Of a stretch of DNA of 64,000 nucleotides, positions 1 to 10,587 are shown piece by piece. Origin of the DNA: an uncultured Chloroflexia bacterium (GTDB taxonomy: Bacteria; Chloroflexota; Limnocylindria; Limnocylindrales; CSP1-4); contig CAVVYR010000006.1 of the NCBI GenBank assembly GCA_963752475.1, positions 1-64,000 on the forward strand. The letters run 5' to 3'. Within the stretch, counting starts at the first letter, position 1. Every line of letters begins with the position of its first letter. The notes beneath the pieces were generated by a model. It had not been told where the DNA came from, made no database searches, and was given only the letters and a program-made list of their open reading frames with translations. The translations under genes were made by a program, and so were the position numbers.

Positions 1-78
1 CGGAGTAGGGGTAGTTCTGATGGAGCACACCCGTCTCACCCATGCCCCCGAGGCGCTCGGTCCCGTGCTCACGGAAGC

Positions 79-606
79 GTGAACTCGGTGCAAGCCATCG
101 CACCCGCAGGGATGGACTCGGCTGCCACGACCGGCACCTACGTCCTGGTGCTGAGCAGTCCGCGGACCGCTCGCATCGCCGTCGGCAAGCGGCTGCGGGT
201 GACGCTGGACGAAGGCTGCTACCTGTACGTCGGCAGCGCCTTCGGGCCGGGCGGGCTCGACGCCCGCCTGCGACGCCACCGGCGTGGCGACGGCCGGCGG
301 CACTGGCACGTCGACTACCTGCGTGCAGCGACCACCTTCGTCGGTGCCGTCGTCGAGCACGGCGACGAGCGGCGTGAGCACCTGTGGGCCGCCGAACTGG
401 AGGCCTGCGGGGAGTACGCGACCATCCCCGGGTTCGGCTGCGGCGACTGTCGCTGTGCGACGCACCTGTTCCACGCGGTCAGCGTGCCCGCGTCACTGCC
501 GAACCTGCTGAGTGGTGCACCGCGATGGTGGCTTCCGCAGCGAGAGCCAAGCATCAGGCGGGGATCCAGCGGTCATGGCGGTCCCCAAGGCGACACGATC
601 CGCTGA
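79..606 (+). CDS. DUF123-type GIY-YIG nuclease family protein
   Basis: GTYVL..YLYVGSAFGPGG..RLRRH..HWHVDYL..GFGCGDCRCATHLF motifs. The GTG start overlaps the TGA of an upstream partial ORF. Confidence 0.85.
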   Translation: MNSVQAIAPAGMDSAATTGTYVLVLSSPRTARIAVGKRLRVTLDEGCYLYVGSAFGPGGLDARLRRHRRGDGRRHWHVDYLRAATTFVGAVVEHGDERREHLWAAELEACGEYATIPGFGCGDCRCATHLFHAVSVPASLPNLLSGAPRWWLPQREPSIRRGSSGHGGPQGDTIR

Positions 607-816
607 TCGCGTTGCTTTCGTCCGCGACCTGAACGCGCGCATCTCCACTTCGGGCGTCTGCCTACCCATGGTGGTCAGGCTCTATCGAGGTGAGGGCCGG
701 CCCACAGCACGCGCACGGGCTGGGCGAGTCCGACTGCGATCCCAGGGCACTTCCATCACGCAGCACCCAAACGATGGCGAGTCCGTGCCTCTTGATAAGA
801 AGGGCTCGGGCCGCCC

Positions 817-2094
817 ATGATGACCGAGCACGACAAGGCAGTGGGGGATGGACACGTGGACACACGACAGCGGCTTTCGGGAGTGCTAGGCGCGGCCATG
901 GCGACGGTCCTGCTCCTGGCCTTATCGACACAAGCCGTGGCGCAGGGTGGCATCGGTGCACTCTTCCCCGGCGCGGAGCTGGAGCCACCCGAATGGGTGG
1001 TGCCGGGCACGCGGGTCACCTTCTACGCAGCCGGTACGTCGATCGCCAATGCCTCCAAGCAATGGCAGAAGGACCCCAACGGAGCGTGGGAGGATCCGGC
1101 CACCGGCGAGCGCTGGGGCCAGACCGACACCCCCACCCCGTCTGGCGAGGGTGTCTTCCAGGCCGACGTCGTGGGCGTGGACGACACGTCGGTCGGGCTG
1201 CAGTGGGTCCTCTATGGCTACGACCGCTTCGAGGAGCGGCTCTTCGGCGGCCTGACCGGTGGTGCCACCGATCCCGGTGCTGCGGCCGAGGAGATCTGGG
1301 TCCATCCCGAGCTCCTGGCTCGCCTGCCGGAAACGGACGCGGGCGAGCTCAAGATCCTGCGCGGCGAGTACGACCTCGAGGGAGTCACGTACCACGCGAT
1401 CGCCGTGGCCAACCTCGATCCGGCCGCCTACTCCTCGTGGATCTATGACACCGACACGGGCCTGCTGCTGTCGGGCACGACGCGCACGCAGGGTCGGGCC
1501 GCAGCGGTCCATGCCGAGGGCGAGGATCCACTGCCGGCCAGCACGCAGGTCACGCTCATCCGCTTCCTGGGTGTGCGGCAGCGGGACGGAGCCGGACTGG
1601 GGACCGCCCCGCCCGAGTGGGCGCAGCCAGGCACTTCGCTCGAGTTCAGCGGATCGTGGATCTTCGTCAACCCCTACGACCCCACGGGTCCACCGGTCGT
1701 GTACCCGGCCTGGCTGGGCGTCGCCTTCCAAGGCGGCGGTCCAAGCTGGCTGGAGTACGGCGCCGAGATGCTGGTGGACTTCGCGGGGGTCCCCAACCTG
1801 ACAACGGCCACCGGGGTGGCTGCGGGGGGCGGTCCCTACTGGATCGATCCGGCCACGCTGTCCTTCGCCCAGGAAGGCAAGGTCATCGACGAGGACCCCA
1901 TCACCGGCGAGGTCGTCTCGGTCGAGTGGGTCGGCCCCGGCCCTGCCGGGGAGGCGGTCACGATCGCTTCGCAGCTGCCCGGGATCTCGTCGCGAGCGAC
2001 CTACGACGTGGGTACCGGCGTCCTGCTCGGCGTCGAGCGTACCGAGGAGAGCAGCGGTATCACCACCCAGCTGGGCCTGGATTCGCTGCCCTAG
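817..2094 (+). CDS. Exported hypothetical protein with two-fold internal repeat
   Basis: Signal-peptide-like N-terminus (..LLLALSTQAVA). Repeated segments PPEWVVPGT/PPEWAQPGT and IYDTDTGLLL/TYDVGTGVLL. Confidence 0.75.
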   Translation: MMTEHDKAVGDGHVDTRQRLSGVLGAAMATVLLLALSTQAVAQGGIGALFPGAELEPPEWVVPGTRVTFYAAGTSIANASKQWQKDPNGAWEDPATGERWGQTDTPTPSGEGVFQADVVGVDDTSVGLQWVLYGYDRFEERLFGGLTGGATDPGAAAEEIWVHPELLARLPETDAGELKILRGEYDLEGVTYHAIAVANLDPAAYSSWIYDTDTGLLLSGTTRTQGRAAAVHAEGEDPLPASTQVTLIRFLGVRQRDGAGLGTAPPEWAQPGTSLEFSGSWIFVNPYDPTGPPVVYPAWLGVAFQGGGPSWLEYGAEMLVDFAGVPNLTTATGVAAGGGPYWIDPATLSFAQEGKVIDEDPITGEVVSVEWVGPGPAGEAVTIASQLPGISSRATYDVGTGVLLGVERTEESSGITTQLGLDSLP

Positions 2095-2357
2095 TCGAAA
2101 TGGAAGGACCGGAGCTCGCGCATCTATCGTGGATTGCTCGGGCCGCCTGAGCTCGCCCGCACAGTGCCACACACGGGAGGCCGGTCCATGTCCGAGCGCA
2201 CTCGCTTCATCCGTCTGGATGTCACAAGGCATCGATCATGGTTGCGGTCCTGCCGCCAGCTCTGCGGCGAGCCTCAGCCCGGGTGTCTTGGGTCACACTC
2301 TCCCTCCTGCCGACCATTCCCCACCCAGGTCTGCTCACGGCCCGGTCGGGGAGCGCG

Positions 2358-2615
2358 CTACCGGCGCGGTGGTTTGGTGCCCTGGACGGGACCCTTCGGT
2401 GTCACCGTGGGGGCCTGGGCGTGCAGCCCGAACCGGATCGCCTGGTCCGGCCACTCCGGATCGTCAGGTGTCCAGCGCTGCAACCTGGAGCCGTGGTCAT
2501 CGATGTGATCGATCGCGCCATCGGCTCCGAGGACGAGGCTGCCGCCGTCCGCGAGCTCGAGCTCATGTGGCTTGAAGCGGCGACCCCGGGTGGCGCGCAT
2601 CTGTGACATCGCCAT
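2358..2615 (-). CDS. Small hypothetical protein
   Basis: 85-aa ORF with protein-like composition and a GAAGG SD-like sequence upstream. Start is uncertain. Confidence 0.5.
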   Translation of the reverse strand: MAMSQMRATRGRRFKPHELELADGGSLVLGADGAIDHIDDHGSRLQRWTPDDPEWPDQAIRFGLHAQAPTVTPKGPVQGTKPPRR

Positions 2616-3031
2616 CCTTCCCTTCCCAGTGTGGCCGTGGAGTCCGCGACCTCCCGCCTCTACTCCAAAGCCCTGCGGACACGGCCGGCGAGAGTACGAC
2701 CCGGCGTGCGGGTGAGTTCCGGCGATGTGGAACTGCGATCAGCAGCGCCTCGCCAGTATTGCCCAGCGCGCCGAGTCCTCTCCATTGTGACCCAGGGGGC
2801 GGCCGTTGACGAGGGGTACGACGTTCTCTGGCCTCGCATCCGGGCGGCGCACTTCAGGAGATGCATGTCAGATGCTCGGGGGGCTCATGCTCGAGACGGG
2901 GGCCACGTGGGCGGTAACCGCCAGTGAATGGCGCGGCCGATCGCGGGTGAGCGCACAGGACCATGTCCGCACAACATGCGTCCATCGTGTGAGGGGCCAT
3001 GGCCCCGGGGCGACGCCAGGTAGGCTCGGTC

Positions 3032-3252
3032 CTGATGGAGCACACCCGTCTCACCCATGCCCCCGAGGCGCTCGGTCCCGTGCTCACGGAGGCGTGAGCA
3101 CGCCGTTGGGCGGTGTGCCGGCAGGGACCGACGGGGCTTCCACGACCGGCACCTCCGTCCTGGTACCTGTGGGCCGCCGAACTGGAAGCCTGCGGGGAGT
3201 ACGCGACCATCCCCGGGTTCGGCTGCGGCGACTGTCGCCGTACGACGCACCA
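3032..3252 (+). pseudogene. Internally deleted duplicate of the DUF123/GIY-YIG gene and its upstream gene end
   Basis: 3032-~3164 matches 17-~150 and 3165-3252 matches ~380-465, so about 230 bp are deleted. Confidence 0.85.
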
Positions 3253-3448
3253 ACGCGATCGCCGAGATCAGCGCGGCGATGATGCCGAGCCCGACGATGC
3301 CGTATGCGACGGTCACGAGCTTGCCCAAGTCGGTGCTGGGACTGAAGTCGCCGCAGCCGATCGTCGACAGCGTGATGAAGCAGAAGTAGAAGCTGTCGAC
3401 GAGGGAGTAACCCTCGATGATCATGAAGATGATCGTTCCGCCGCTCAT
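3250..3448 (-). pseudogene. Potassium-channel (2TM, Ion_trans_2) fragment
   Basis: SLVDSFYFCFITLSTIGCGDFSP..GKLVTVAY pore region. The filter reads TIGCGD, there is an in-frame stop upstream, and the 3' end runs into the DUF123 remnant. Confidence 0.7.
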
Positions 3449-3551
3449 AGAGACTCAAGCTGGGCACCGCCCAAGGTCGGGCGTCAGGGCCCATGCTGGG
3501 GCAGCCCGGCCCATCGCATGACAGCCACCGAGACAGGGAAGTCGATCGCCG

Positions 3552-4625
3552 ATGACAGCACAGCTGCGTGAACTCCTACGGCTCGACCTTGATGCGGTCG
3601 ACCTGCACAAGGGCCTGACGGGCCTGCTCTCGATCCTGGCCTTCGGTCTGTTCGTGGGGATCTTCGGCAGCATCGGCATGGTCGCCGCGCTGGCCACGCT
3701 CTTCGTGATCATGGCCGACCAGCCAGGGCCGCTGCGCGACCGGGTCATGGGCGTGCTCATCATGACCGTGGCCGGCTCGCTCATCGCGCTCGTCGGCATC
3801 CGGGCCGGACCCGAGCACGTCATCGCCGCCTCCATCCTGACCCTCGTGGTCGTGGCCCTTGCGACCCTGGTCGCCGGCCTGGGGTCGGTCTATGCGCTGC
3901 GCGGCTTGCTGCTCGCGGTCTGGGCCGTGGTCGCCATCAGCCTCGCGGGTGAGACCGAGACGGCGGTCCAGCTGGCGGTCGCCTTCGCCGGTGGTGGCCT
4001 CTTCGCCGCGGTCATCATCTGGTTGCGCACACGGGCCGAGCCTGCCCCCTCGATCGAGGAGGAGGCGCGGGTGAGCGAGCGAGACCTGGCCGCGATCATC
4101 CGCTCACCGCTGGGCTGGTTCGCGCTGCTGCGTGCCGCCGCCGCCGGCATCGCCATGTGGCTCGGTGCCTCGCTCTTCCCCGAGCACGCCATCTGGGCCG
4201 CGCTGACGGTCATCCTGGTGATGAAGCCCAGGGCCGGCGAGACCACGGTCTCGGGTTTGTTGCGCACCATCGGCACGCTGCTCGGCGTCATCGCCGCCGA
4301 GGCCCTCATCGCGGTCAGCGGTGGCGAGACCGTCATCGTGCTCATCGGCTTCCTGCTCGCAGCCTTCGGCATGGCCGCCCTGCAGAAGGTCAACTACGCG
4401 GTCTTCGTGGCCTGTCTCACGGCGCTGCTCGTGCTCTCGGACCAACTTGCCAGCGGCACCGGCGAGGCCACCGCGACCGACCGGCTGCTGGCCACGATGC
4501 TTGGTGCCGGCATCGCCTTCCTCGCCATCGGCATCGGGCGCGTGCTGCTGGGTCGCCCGGTCGCCAGCGTGGAGCCGGACCCACGCGGAGAGACCCGTCC
4601 TGGCGAGGACCGGACGCCCGGCTGA
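3552..4625 (+). CDS. FUSC-family membrane protein
   Basis: Polytopic; HAIWAALTVILVMKP..RTIGTLLG..NYA..DRLLAT pattern. Confidence 0.85.
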   Translation: MTAQLRELLRLDLDAVDLHKGLTGLLSILAFGLFVGIFGSIGMVAALATLFVIMADQPGPLRDRVMGVLIMTVAGSLIALVGIRAGPEHVIAASILTLVVVALATLVAGLGSVYALRGLLLAVWAVVAISLAGETETAVQLAVAFAGGGLFAAVIIWLRTRAEPAPSIEEEARVSERDLAAIIRSPLGWFALLRAAAAGIAMWLGASLFPEHAIWAALTVILVMKPRAGETTVSGLLRTIGTLLGVIAAEALIAVSGGETVIVLIGFLLAAFGMAALQKVNYAVFVACLTALLVLSDQLASGTGEATATDRLLATMLGAGIAFLAIGIGRVLLGRPVASVEPDPRGETRPGEDRTPG

Positions 4626-4682
4626 GACGTGAGGGATCGCTCGAGCGTGGCCTCGTTGTCGGATAGGCAGGGAGAGGACGTG

Positions 4683-4748
4683 GCGCACGGCACTCCCACG
4701 GAACTCCTGGTCCCTGTGTCCTGGGTTCGAACCTCAGCCGGCGCGTCA
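4683..4748 (+). other. Degenerate tRNA-like fragment
   Basis: T-arm CTGGG-TTCGAAC-CTCAG followed by CCGGCGC, which pairs with upstream GCGC(A)CGG. No D-arm is present. Confidence 0.3.
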
Positions 4749-5234
4749 CATTGCCTAGGCATCCCGTGCGTTTGGGCGAGGTCTTCTCTCGTGCGCACGA
4801 CGGTGCTCGAGATGCTTGCAACCCGAATGACGTGACTACTGACCACACACGCGGTTCCGTCGTTGGACTCCTGAAAGACGGTGGATGCGACTGAAACGCT
4901 TCTGCAAGACGCCCATGGCGCCGCCGGTGATGCGGGTTTGTCGGTAGACCTGCTTTGGTGAAAGCAGCCATCGATCGGTGGCCGCGATGCTTCCCGGATC
5001 TGCAGTGCCGACACGTCCCCAGACGCTCCGGCGCGCCGGGCTACGCGATGACAAGCGGCCGGATCGAGCGCATCGACGAGAGCCGATCAGTGGCATCGGA
5101 CGGACCGAGTACCGGCGGGTCTCACCTCCGTCGGGACTGCTCCGTCACCGTGGGCGCCGTGCCCAGACGCCGCATCTGGCATCGATGGGCCCGGCCTCGC
5201 GGCTTGCGATTCGAGTCCAGAAAGGGGGACACGC

Positions 5235-6864
5235 ATGACATCTACCGAAGGCACGAGGAAGACTGCTCGATGGGCGCCTCCAGTCGGTTCCGAACATGAC
5301 ACGCACGACGTGGAGCCGGTGAGTCGATCGTCGCGCAGAACTGGTCGGGCCATCAGGGCTGTGCTGCAGCGACTCTGGAACGACCGGCGGCTGGGCATCG
5401 TTGCGACGCTCGGCCTCGGCGTCAGCTGGGGGCTGATCGCGGCCTGGTGGACGCCGAGGGGGCCATTGACCACGGGCGAGGCGTTGTCATCGATGGCCAT
5501 CAGCATGGCGATCGGTTTGGGAGCCGGACTCCTGATGCGGTCGCGCTGGGCCATGTTGCTCACGCCGGTGGCCTTCGCGGTCGCGTTCGAGGTGGGCCGA
5601 CTCGGTGTCAAGTGGGCCCATGGTCGATAGCATCCACACCAGTTTCTATGGTCTCATCGCCCTCATCACCGGCCGCGGATTCCATGCCGTCCTATCGCTG
5701 CTGTGGATGACGCTCGGCGCGTTCGTCGGGGCCGCTCTGGCCCAGGAGATCGCAGCTCGTCAGGGCGACCGAGCAACGAGGGGTGGAGTCGGGACGTACG
5801 CTCGAAGGGCTTCGGTCGTGTTGATCGCGATCGTCTTCGTCGGCGCCTTCGCGTTGGTGGCCCAGCCCGCGACCACCGACCCCATCGTCGACGCAGACGG
5901 CAACGAGGTGCCGGGCAGTATCGCGGAGCTGACGGCCGTGGAGGCCAACGGCCACGACTTGGCGCTCATGATCCGTGGCCACAGCGTCGAGAACCCGGTG
6001 CTGCTGTACCTCGCGGGTGGACCGGGCGGCTCCGAGATGGGCTCGATGCGCAATCACCTGCCCGAGCTCGAGCAGCACTTCACGGTCGCCACATGGGACC
6101 AGCGTGGCGCAGGCAAGTCCTACCCAGAGCTGGACCCGACCGACACCATCACCCTGGACGGCTACGTCGATGACACGTTCATCGTCACTGACTACCTGCG
6201 GGAGCGTTTCGACCAGGATGAGATCTATGTGCTGGGCCAGTCGTGGGGCACCACCCTCGGCGTGCTCGCGGTCCAGCAACGCCCGGAGCTCTATCGAGCG
6301 TTCATCGGCACCGGGCAGATGGTGAGCCAGCGCGCCAGCGACCGGATCCTCTGGGAGGACACCCTCGCCTGGGCGCAGGCCAACGGTGACACCGGGCTCG
6401 CCGACCGGTTGACCGCCATCGGACCGCCGCCCTACGACCAGATACTCAGCTACGAGACGTCGAACTCCCACGAGATGAGCGTGTACCCCTACGACCACAG
6501 CATGAACTCGGAGGGCGAAGCACAGATGTCGGAGAACATCCTCGCGGACGAGTACACGCTCATCGACGAGGTCCACATCCTCGGAGCCTTCCTGGACACG
6601 TTCGCGGCGCTCTATCCCCAGCTCCAGGACATCGACTTCCGCGAGACCGCGACCGAGTTCGAGGTTCCCATGTTCTTCGCACAGGGTGCGCACGAGGCCG
6701 ACGCACGGGCCGAGCCGTTCGCCGAGTGGTACCCGATGATCGAGGCACCCATCAAGGAGCTGGAGACGCTCGAGACCTCGGGCCACCGCCCGCTGTTCGA
6801 GCAGCCGGACGAGTTCGTCGAGTTCATGGTCGGGGTCCTGGGCCGGACCTCGACGACCGCGTAG
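5235..6864 (+). CDS. Membrane-anchored alpha/beta hydrolase (prolyl-aminopeptidase-like), frameshifted near 5610
   Basis: GGPGG, WDQRGAG, GQSWG and SGH motifs. The N-terminal TM part (5235-5630) and the catalytic part (5605-6864) are in different frames. Confidence 0.8.
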
Positions 6865-7041
6865 TCACCGGTCGGCCTCGGTGCTAGCTCGGACAGCCGC
6901 GGGCCATCACTGTCCGTGACCCCGATCAGTTCGCAAGGCGGTGATCAGGATGTAGAGACGAGGCGGATCGTCACCGGACTGATCGCCGTGCTGCTGGCGC
7001 TGTCCTCGCAAGGGAGCGCTACGGCGCTGGGCCGAGACGAG

Positions 7042-8382
7042 CTAGAACTCGGTCGGCTGGATCGGCTCAGTTTCCGGCTCCGCGAGCTTGGGCTGAGGCT
7101 CGGAGGCCTCACGCTCCTCGACGCCGTGGAACCAGTGCCAGTAGAGCCACGTGCCCAGGCTGTAGAGGACGATGACCGTGACGAAGCTGACGGCGTAGCC
7201 ACCGTCGAAGCCGAGGTTGGCCTGCAGCAGGCTGTACCACGGGCCGGCGATGGCCCAGGCGAGCGACCAGAGCAGGCTGGCCGCGGCCGCGAACGGCGCG
7301 CGCTCCGCCGCCGGCAGGCGCTCCATGGCGAAGGCGTTGAAGAGTGGGTGACCCGAGTTCATGAGCGCGTTCCGCACGGTCATGGCGATGATCACCGTCC
7401 ACAGGACCGGGCTGAACCCGAGCACGAACAGGAAGGGGATGCTCACGCCCTGCACGAGGACCACGGTACCGACCTTGCCGAAGCGCGAGGCCAGGGCCGG
7501 CTGGGCCATCATCGCGAGCACGGTGCCTACGCCGGTGATGGCGAAGATGAAGTTGAGCGCGGTCAGGTCGAGGCCGAACTTGCCCTCGATGAAGACGTTG
7601 AGGTACGGGATGATCTGCCCCGCGCCCAGGGCGATGATGAAGTTCGGGATCAACAGCCGCGCGAACGTCCCGGGGTCCGACAGGTGTGGCAGGCGCGAAC
7701 GAAGGCCCCGACGCTCGCCCGAGACCCCGGCCTCGGCAACCGGCCTCGAGCGGGGTCGATCGTCGCGCAGGGCCACGACCGCCACACCGGCCAGCACCGC
7801 GGCCACGGTCATGACCGCCAGCAGCGTGCGGTACACCGCGGTGTCGTTGGAGTCGACCCCGAGGGTGGCGCTGATGGCCACGGCCACGAGCCCGCCGAGG
7901 ATGGCCGCACCGATGTTGGTGGCCGGCATGATCGCGGCCTGCAGCGAGAAGAGCTCGTTGCGATGTTCCGGGCGACTGTGCTCCATGAGCAGCGGCGACT
8001 GCAGCACGAAGAACGTCTGACTGGCGGCGCCCACCGCGGCAGAGCCGGCGATGATGGCCAGCGGGCCGGTGAAGAAGATGAGGCAGGCCGTCGCGAATGC
8101 CGCGACCACGGACCCTGTGATCATCACCACGCGTCGCCCGAGCCTGTTCGAGGCCATGCTCAGCGGGAGTGCTACCACGACGCCGGCGAGGGACCACGCC
8201 GCGCCCGTCAGGCCGATGAACGCGGGTTCGTACCCGAGGGCAGTGAGGTAGAGGTTGAAGTCGACCCACCAGAGGCTGAACAGCGTCCCGAAGGCCAGCG
8301 AGGCCAGCAGGAAGATCCGCGCATCCCGCTCGAAGCCGGTGAACTTGCGGGCATAGCGCACCAGGGCGCGCACGGGCCTCAA
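7042..8382 (-). CDS. MFS transporter
   Basis: About 12 TM segments; SNRLGRR and ASRFGKV loop motifs. Confidence 0.9.
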   Translation of the reverse strand: MRPVRALVRYARKFTGFERDARIFLLASLAFGTLFSLWWVDFNLYLTALGYEPAFIGLTGAAWSLAGVVVALPLSMASNRLGRRVVMITGSVVAAFATACLIFFTGPLAIIAGSAAVGAASQTFFVLQSPLLMEHSRPEHRNELFSLQAAIMPATNIGAAILGGLVAVAISATLGVDSNDTAVYRTLLAVMTVAAVLAGVAVVALRDDRPRSRPVAEAGVSGERRGLRSRLPHLSDPGTFARLLIPNFIIALGAGQIIPYLNVFIEGKFGLDLTALNFIFAITGVGTVLAMMAQPALASRFGKVGTVVLVQGVSIPFLFVLGFSPVLWTVIIAMTVRNALMNSGHPLFNAFAMERLPAAERAPFAAAASLLWSLAWAIAGPWYSLLQANLGFDGGYAVSFVTVIVLYSLGTWLYWHWFHGVEEREASEPQPKLAEPETEPIQPTEF

Positions 8383-8517
8383 GGGCGACGATCCTTTCGA
8401 GTGGTGCCGATCAGGCGATCAGGCGGTCAGGTCGGAACACGGTCGGGAGAGGAGGGGTCCGACCCCGGCACCATAGCTCCCGGAGGCCGCGCAACACGAC
8501 GGCCATCCGGCCTGTCG

Positions 8518-9342
8518 TCAGAAGAGCTTCGTCTCGATCCCGAAGACCTCGACCATCTCAGCGCTCTCCTCGTTCGTGAGGCCCTCGCCGCCGCCACCGA
8601 CCTGCAGATCCATGTACTCGTAGCGGCCGCCGGCCTCGGCGTACTCGATACGGTCGACTGCGCGCGTGACGGAGATGTCGCTGCGAGCCATGACGCCGTG
8701 CTTGGACCAGACCGTGATGCGGTGCTGCCGGAGCGACTCGACCGTGGCCGCCATCAACTCCTCGGAGCTGGGCAGCATGAAGGGCAGGATGCCGATCCCG
8801 GCCGGCAGCTGGACGACGGTCTCCGGTTGCCAGCGGATGAGTCGGCGGCTGAAGAGGTCCTCATCCTGGTACTCGGGTCGGTGGGACAGGTAGACCAGAT
8901 GCGGCGGCTGGGCGTGGACCACGGCGTGGAAGTTGGTGCCCGTTCGGGCGACGGTGTCGTCATGGACCGCGAGGTGTGAGTTCCACTCCGACGTGAGCAC
9001 CTCGAACTGGCGCGCGTTGGCGGTGTAGAGCGTGCCGTGGGTGCCGTCGTCGTGGACGACGACCGCGCCGATGGACTCGAGCGGCAGGCGGTCGAGGTCG
9101 CGCAGCCGGCGACCCGAGCCGGTGACGAGGACGGTGTGTCCGGGCAGGTTCGGTGCCGGGACCGGGAGCTCGATCTCCTCGGCCATGGGGAACTGTCTTC
9201 GGACCTCCATGGGCCAGCCGATGCAGACGGAGATGTTGCCGGCACCGCCTTCGGTCGCATCGATGGCCGCCAGCCGGCGTCCGCCGATGCCGATCGACTC
9301 GATGATCTCTTCAAGGCTGGGCAGGGGATCGGTGAGGGGCAT
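8518..9342 (-). CDS. rhaD: Class II aldolase, rhamnulose-1-phosphate aldolase-like
   Basis: EGGAGNIS, VTGSG, TSEWNSH, VHAQP and WSKHG Zn-aldolase motifs. Confidence 0.75.
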   Translation of the reverse strand: MPLTDPLPSLEEIIESIGIGGRRLAAIDATEGGAGNISVCIGWPMEVRRQFPMAEEIELPVPAPNLPGHTVLVTGSGRRLRDLDRLPLESIGAVVVHDDGTHGTLYTANARQFEVLTSEWNSHLAVHDDTVARTGTNFHAVVHAQPPHLVYLSHRPEYQDEDLFSRRLIRWQPETVVQLPAGIGILPFMLPSSEELMAATVESLRQHRITVWSKHGVMARSDISVTRAVDRIEYAEAGGRYEYMDLQVGGGGEGLTNEESAEMVEVFGIETKLF

Positions 9343-9375
9343 CAGGTTCTCCGGTTCGCGGGCGGTGTTACCCGA

Positions 9376-9389
9376 TGGTAGCGATGCCA
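9376..9389. promoter_or_regulatory. Candidate LacI operator (copy 3)
   Basis: TGGTAGCGATGCCA, about 35 bp upstream of the aldolase. It matches TGGTAnCGnTACCA with one mismatch. Confidence 0.6.
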
Positions 9390-9410
9390 CCCTATGTCCG
9401 GTCGCAAGCC

Positions 9411-10076
9411 TCAGCGCGACAGGGATCCCAGGGTCTCGAAGGTCACCAGGCCCGTCTGGTCGTGCGGCGCGGTCTGGCCTTCGAGGCGGACCCGGCACGA
9501 GAGCTCGGCGTCGAAGACCACGAGAGCGACGCGGAGCGCCTCGTCCTCAGCCTCGGCGTTCGCGCGTGCATCCTCCAGCTGATAGAGGACGTCTGCGTTG
9601 ATGCCGCGAGCTCCCCACTTGCAGTCGTAGGCCTCGGCCGCACCCGAACGCTCGACCGTCACGTCGTAGGGGTGGATCTCGGCCCGCACTCCATCGAACA
9701 GGATGCGTCGTTCGCGGTGGATGTCCGTGGCGCCGGTCCGGCGACCGAGCAGCTCCGCGGTCAGCTCTTCGACGAGGGCCCCGCGCAACTGGTTGCGCGT
9801 CTGGTCGCCTCTGTCGGCGATGGCCAGCGACACGGACAGGATGGCCTCGGATCGCTCTCGGTCTGGCGGCTCGACCATCGGCCCGAACAGCGTCGGGAAC
9901 ATGGTCCGCCAACCGTCGGGATCGACCGTCTCACCGTTCATCACGGCTCTTGCCAGCACCAGCTGTCCGGGAGTGGCATCGGCGAGGAGGCCGGCGGCCC
10001 GTGCGACCACCGGTTCGGCCTGGATGGCTGCGTACGTGACGGCGCGGGCATCCTGCGCGGCGTTCTGGAACCTCAT
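9411..10076 (-). CDS. Hypothetical protein, PD-(D/E)XK nuclease-like
   Basis: RGALVEE..PYDV..AYDCKW spacing resembles the restriction-endonuclease fold. Confidence 0.6.
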   Translation of the reverse strand: MRFQNAAQDARAVTYAAIQAEPVVARAAGLLADATPGQLVLARAVMNGETVDPDGWRTMFPTLFGPMVEPPDRERSEAILSVSLAIADRGDQTRNQLRGALVEELTAELLGRRTGATDIHRERRILFDGVRAEIHPYDVTVERSGAAEAYDCKWGARGINADVLYQLEDARANAEAEDEALRVALVVFDAELSCRVRLEGQTAPHDQTGLVTFETLGSLSR

Positions 10077-10378
10077 GACCGCTGGCCCAGGGCCATGAGC
10101 ACGATCTGCGGGAACGTCGAGAGCCAGTCGATGGCCCGGTGTGGGTCGCTGATGCGGCCGACCTCATCGACAGCGCGACCGATCGCTGCCGCCTCGAGCG
10201 CGGTCGTGGACTGCGCACCCTGGTCGTCGATGAGCTCCTCGATCTGCTCCTGCCAGGCAGCGGAGAGATCGTTCACGTACATCCACTCGTCCTCGATCTC
10301 CTCGGCAAGGCTCAGGAGTTCCTCATAAGCTGTCAGCGCTTCGCGCGCGAGGTCACCGACGGTATTGGCTGCATCCAT
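10073..10378 (-). CDS. Acidic helical hypothetical protein
   Basis: 101 aa; ATGA overlap with the downstream gene. Confidence 0.75.
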   Translation of the reverse strand: MDAANTVGDLAREALTAYEELLSLAEEIEDEWMYVNDLSAAWQEQIEELIDDQGAQSTTALEAAAIGRAVDEVGRISDPHRAIDWLSTFPQIVLMALGQRS

Positions 10379-10587
10379 GCCGCAAGACTACGTGAGCCGG
10401 GTGGCGATCACGACACGCGTCGACCGCGCGATGCGTCGTTGATACGGCCAAACCGGCGCGGGTCCGGGGTGCTTCTGGCCCTTCGGTACTACCGATTGGG
10501 CGGAGCGGCGTCGTCTGGAGGGGATGCGATGGGTACCGCTGATGGCTGCGCCCTGCTACAAGTAGGGGTACGAAGCTGCCGAGCGCT

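Noticed and set aside
6916-8979. 687-aa plus-strand ORF, and similar long ORFs at 38792-40861, 57079-59019, 51024-52403 and 23095-24549
   Set aside because: These are antisense shadows of real GC-rich genes and carry no recognisable motifs.
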